Assembly (NCBI GenBank): GCA_964016885.1
Contig: OZ024741.1
Coordinates: forward strand, 234,732,001 to 234,796,000
DNA: 64,000 nucleotides
Reading direction: 5' to 3'
Source of the DNA: Eledone cirrhosa
Taxonomy: Eukaryota
Position numbers and translations under genes: made by a program. Below are positions 63,040 to 64,000 of this stretch, in pieces; positions within the stretch are counted from its first letter, which is position 1, and the number at the start of each line of letters is the position of its first letter. The notes beneath the pieces were generated by a model that saw only the letters and a list, made by a program, of their open reading frames with translations, was not told the DNA's origin and made no database searches.

Positions 63040-64000
63040 ATAATCATTATCACCTTTGTTTAACCTCTATTTTCCATGCTTGCATGGGTTAGATGGGTTG
63101 TCATATTATGGGACAAGTCAGACCACATGCCCATACAGATCTGTATCTTGGATGCCCTTCTTAACACCAACCACGTTACAGTGTAGACTGGGTGCTTTTT
63201 ATTGTGGAAATAACTACCTTACAGGGCAGGGAGGGTACTTTTTGACGTGTCAACAACACAACCACCTTACAGGGTGGACTGAGCGCTTTTTGTTGTCATC
63301 TGCACAACCACCTTACAGTGTGGACTGGGTGCTTTTTGTCATGTCACCAACACGGTGGACTGGGTGCTTTTGTTGCTGTGGCACCGGATCATCATACAGG
63401 GTGGAATTAGAGCTTTTTGTCATTGCAATGGCATTGTGGAAGATCAGATATTGGACATGTCTAGCTTTCATGCTTCTATGCAGGGAAGGTGTATCAGCCA
63501 TGAGGGTGGGTTTCCAGGTAAGCAAGTTTGACATCAATTAGGTGCATCAGATATTTAGCAGGTGAGAGAGGAGCATTAAGAGTGAGGAGAGGGGGTGGTG
63601 GGGAGAGGATTGGTGCAGGCTAGTGTGCCCTTTACATGTTTATTTCATTTTATTTTGTGCACATGGAAGGTGGGTCTTCTGCAGAACAGCAGAACGCCAG
63701 AGATCTTGATCCTGTGTCATCTCCTTTGTGAGGTTTAATTGGGCAAGGTCAGCTTTTATCACTTTATCCCAAATTTTAATAGGTCTTCCTCTCCCATAGT
63801 TACCATCGACTTTGAGTGCCCTGTACCTTTTTATACTGCTGTCATCCTCCATACAATTCCAAACCTCTCAATGATTGCAATGTCCAAACCTCTGCAATCT
63901 CCTCTCCTGTACACTGAATCTGACCCCTCTTATACATAGATTCTCTCTCAATTCACTGATGCTTTGTTGTTCATGCACACTACTATTACACATCCATTAG
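63040..64000 (-). mobile_element. Composite element: old RTE C-terminus, linker, VNTR, core, tail
   Basis: ORF 63640-63852 reads GRGRPIKIWDKVIKADL...DLWR; purine-rich linker at 63480-63630; VNTR at 63170-63430; core near 63150. Confidence 0.85.

Overview
AT-rich, microsatellite-rich animal DNA; the repeat families and polyQ C2H2 genes point to an octopus (coleoid cephalopod) genome, which is inferred and not verified. Two divergently oriented C2H2 zinc-finger genes are present. One is on the minus strand from ATG 1229 and runs off the left edge, so the ORF track misses it. The other is a 617-aa single-coding-exon gene at 36635-38488. The rest is retroelement and transposon debris: several RTE LINE families (one young copy nested in an older one), tRNA-derived SINEs, a Gypsy-like pol fragment, a CRE-like RLE fragment, a mariner with TIRs, TTAA-flanked MITEs, two long minisatellites and foldback hairpins. 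Most notable: (i) the N-terminus of the left gene looks like a fossil C2H2 array that has lost its Cys residues; (ii) several hammerhead-ribozyme-like motifs; (iii) a recurrent composite RTE-3'end/VNTR/SINE-core element; (iv) a PHD-like finger inside RTE ORF2. Everything was read by eye, and repeat boundaries are approximate unless stated.
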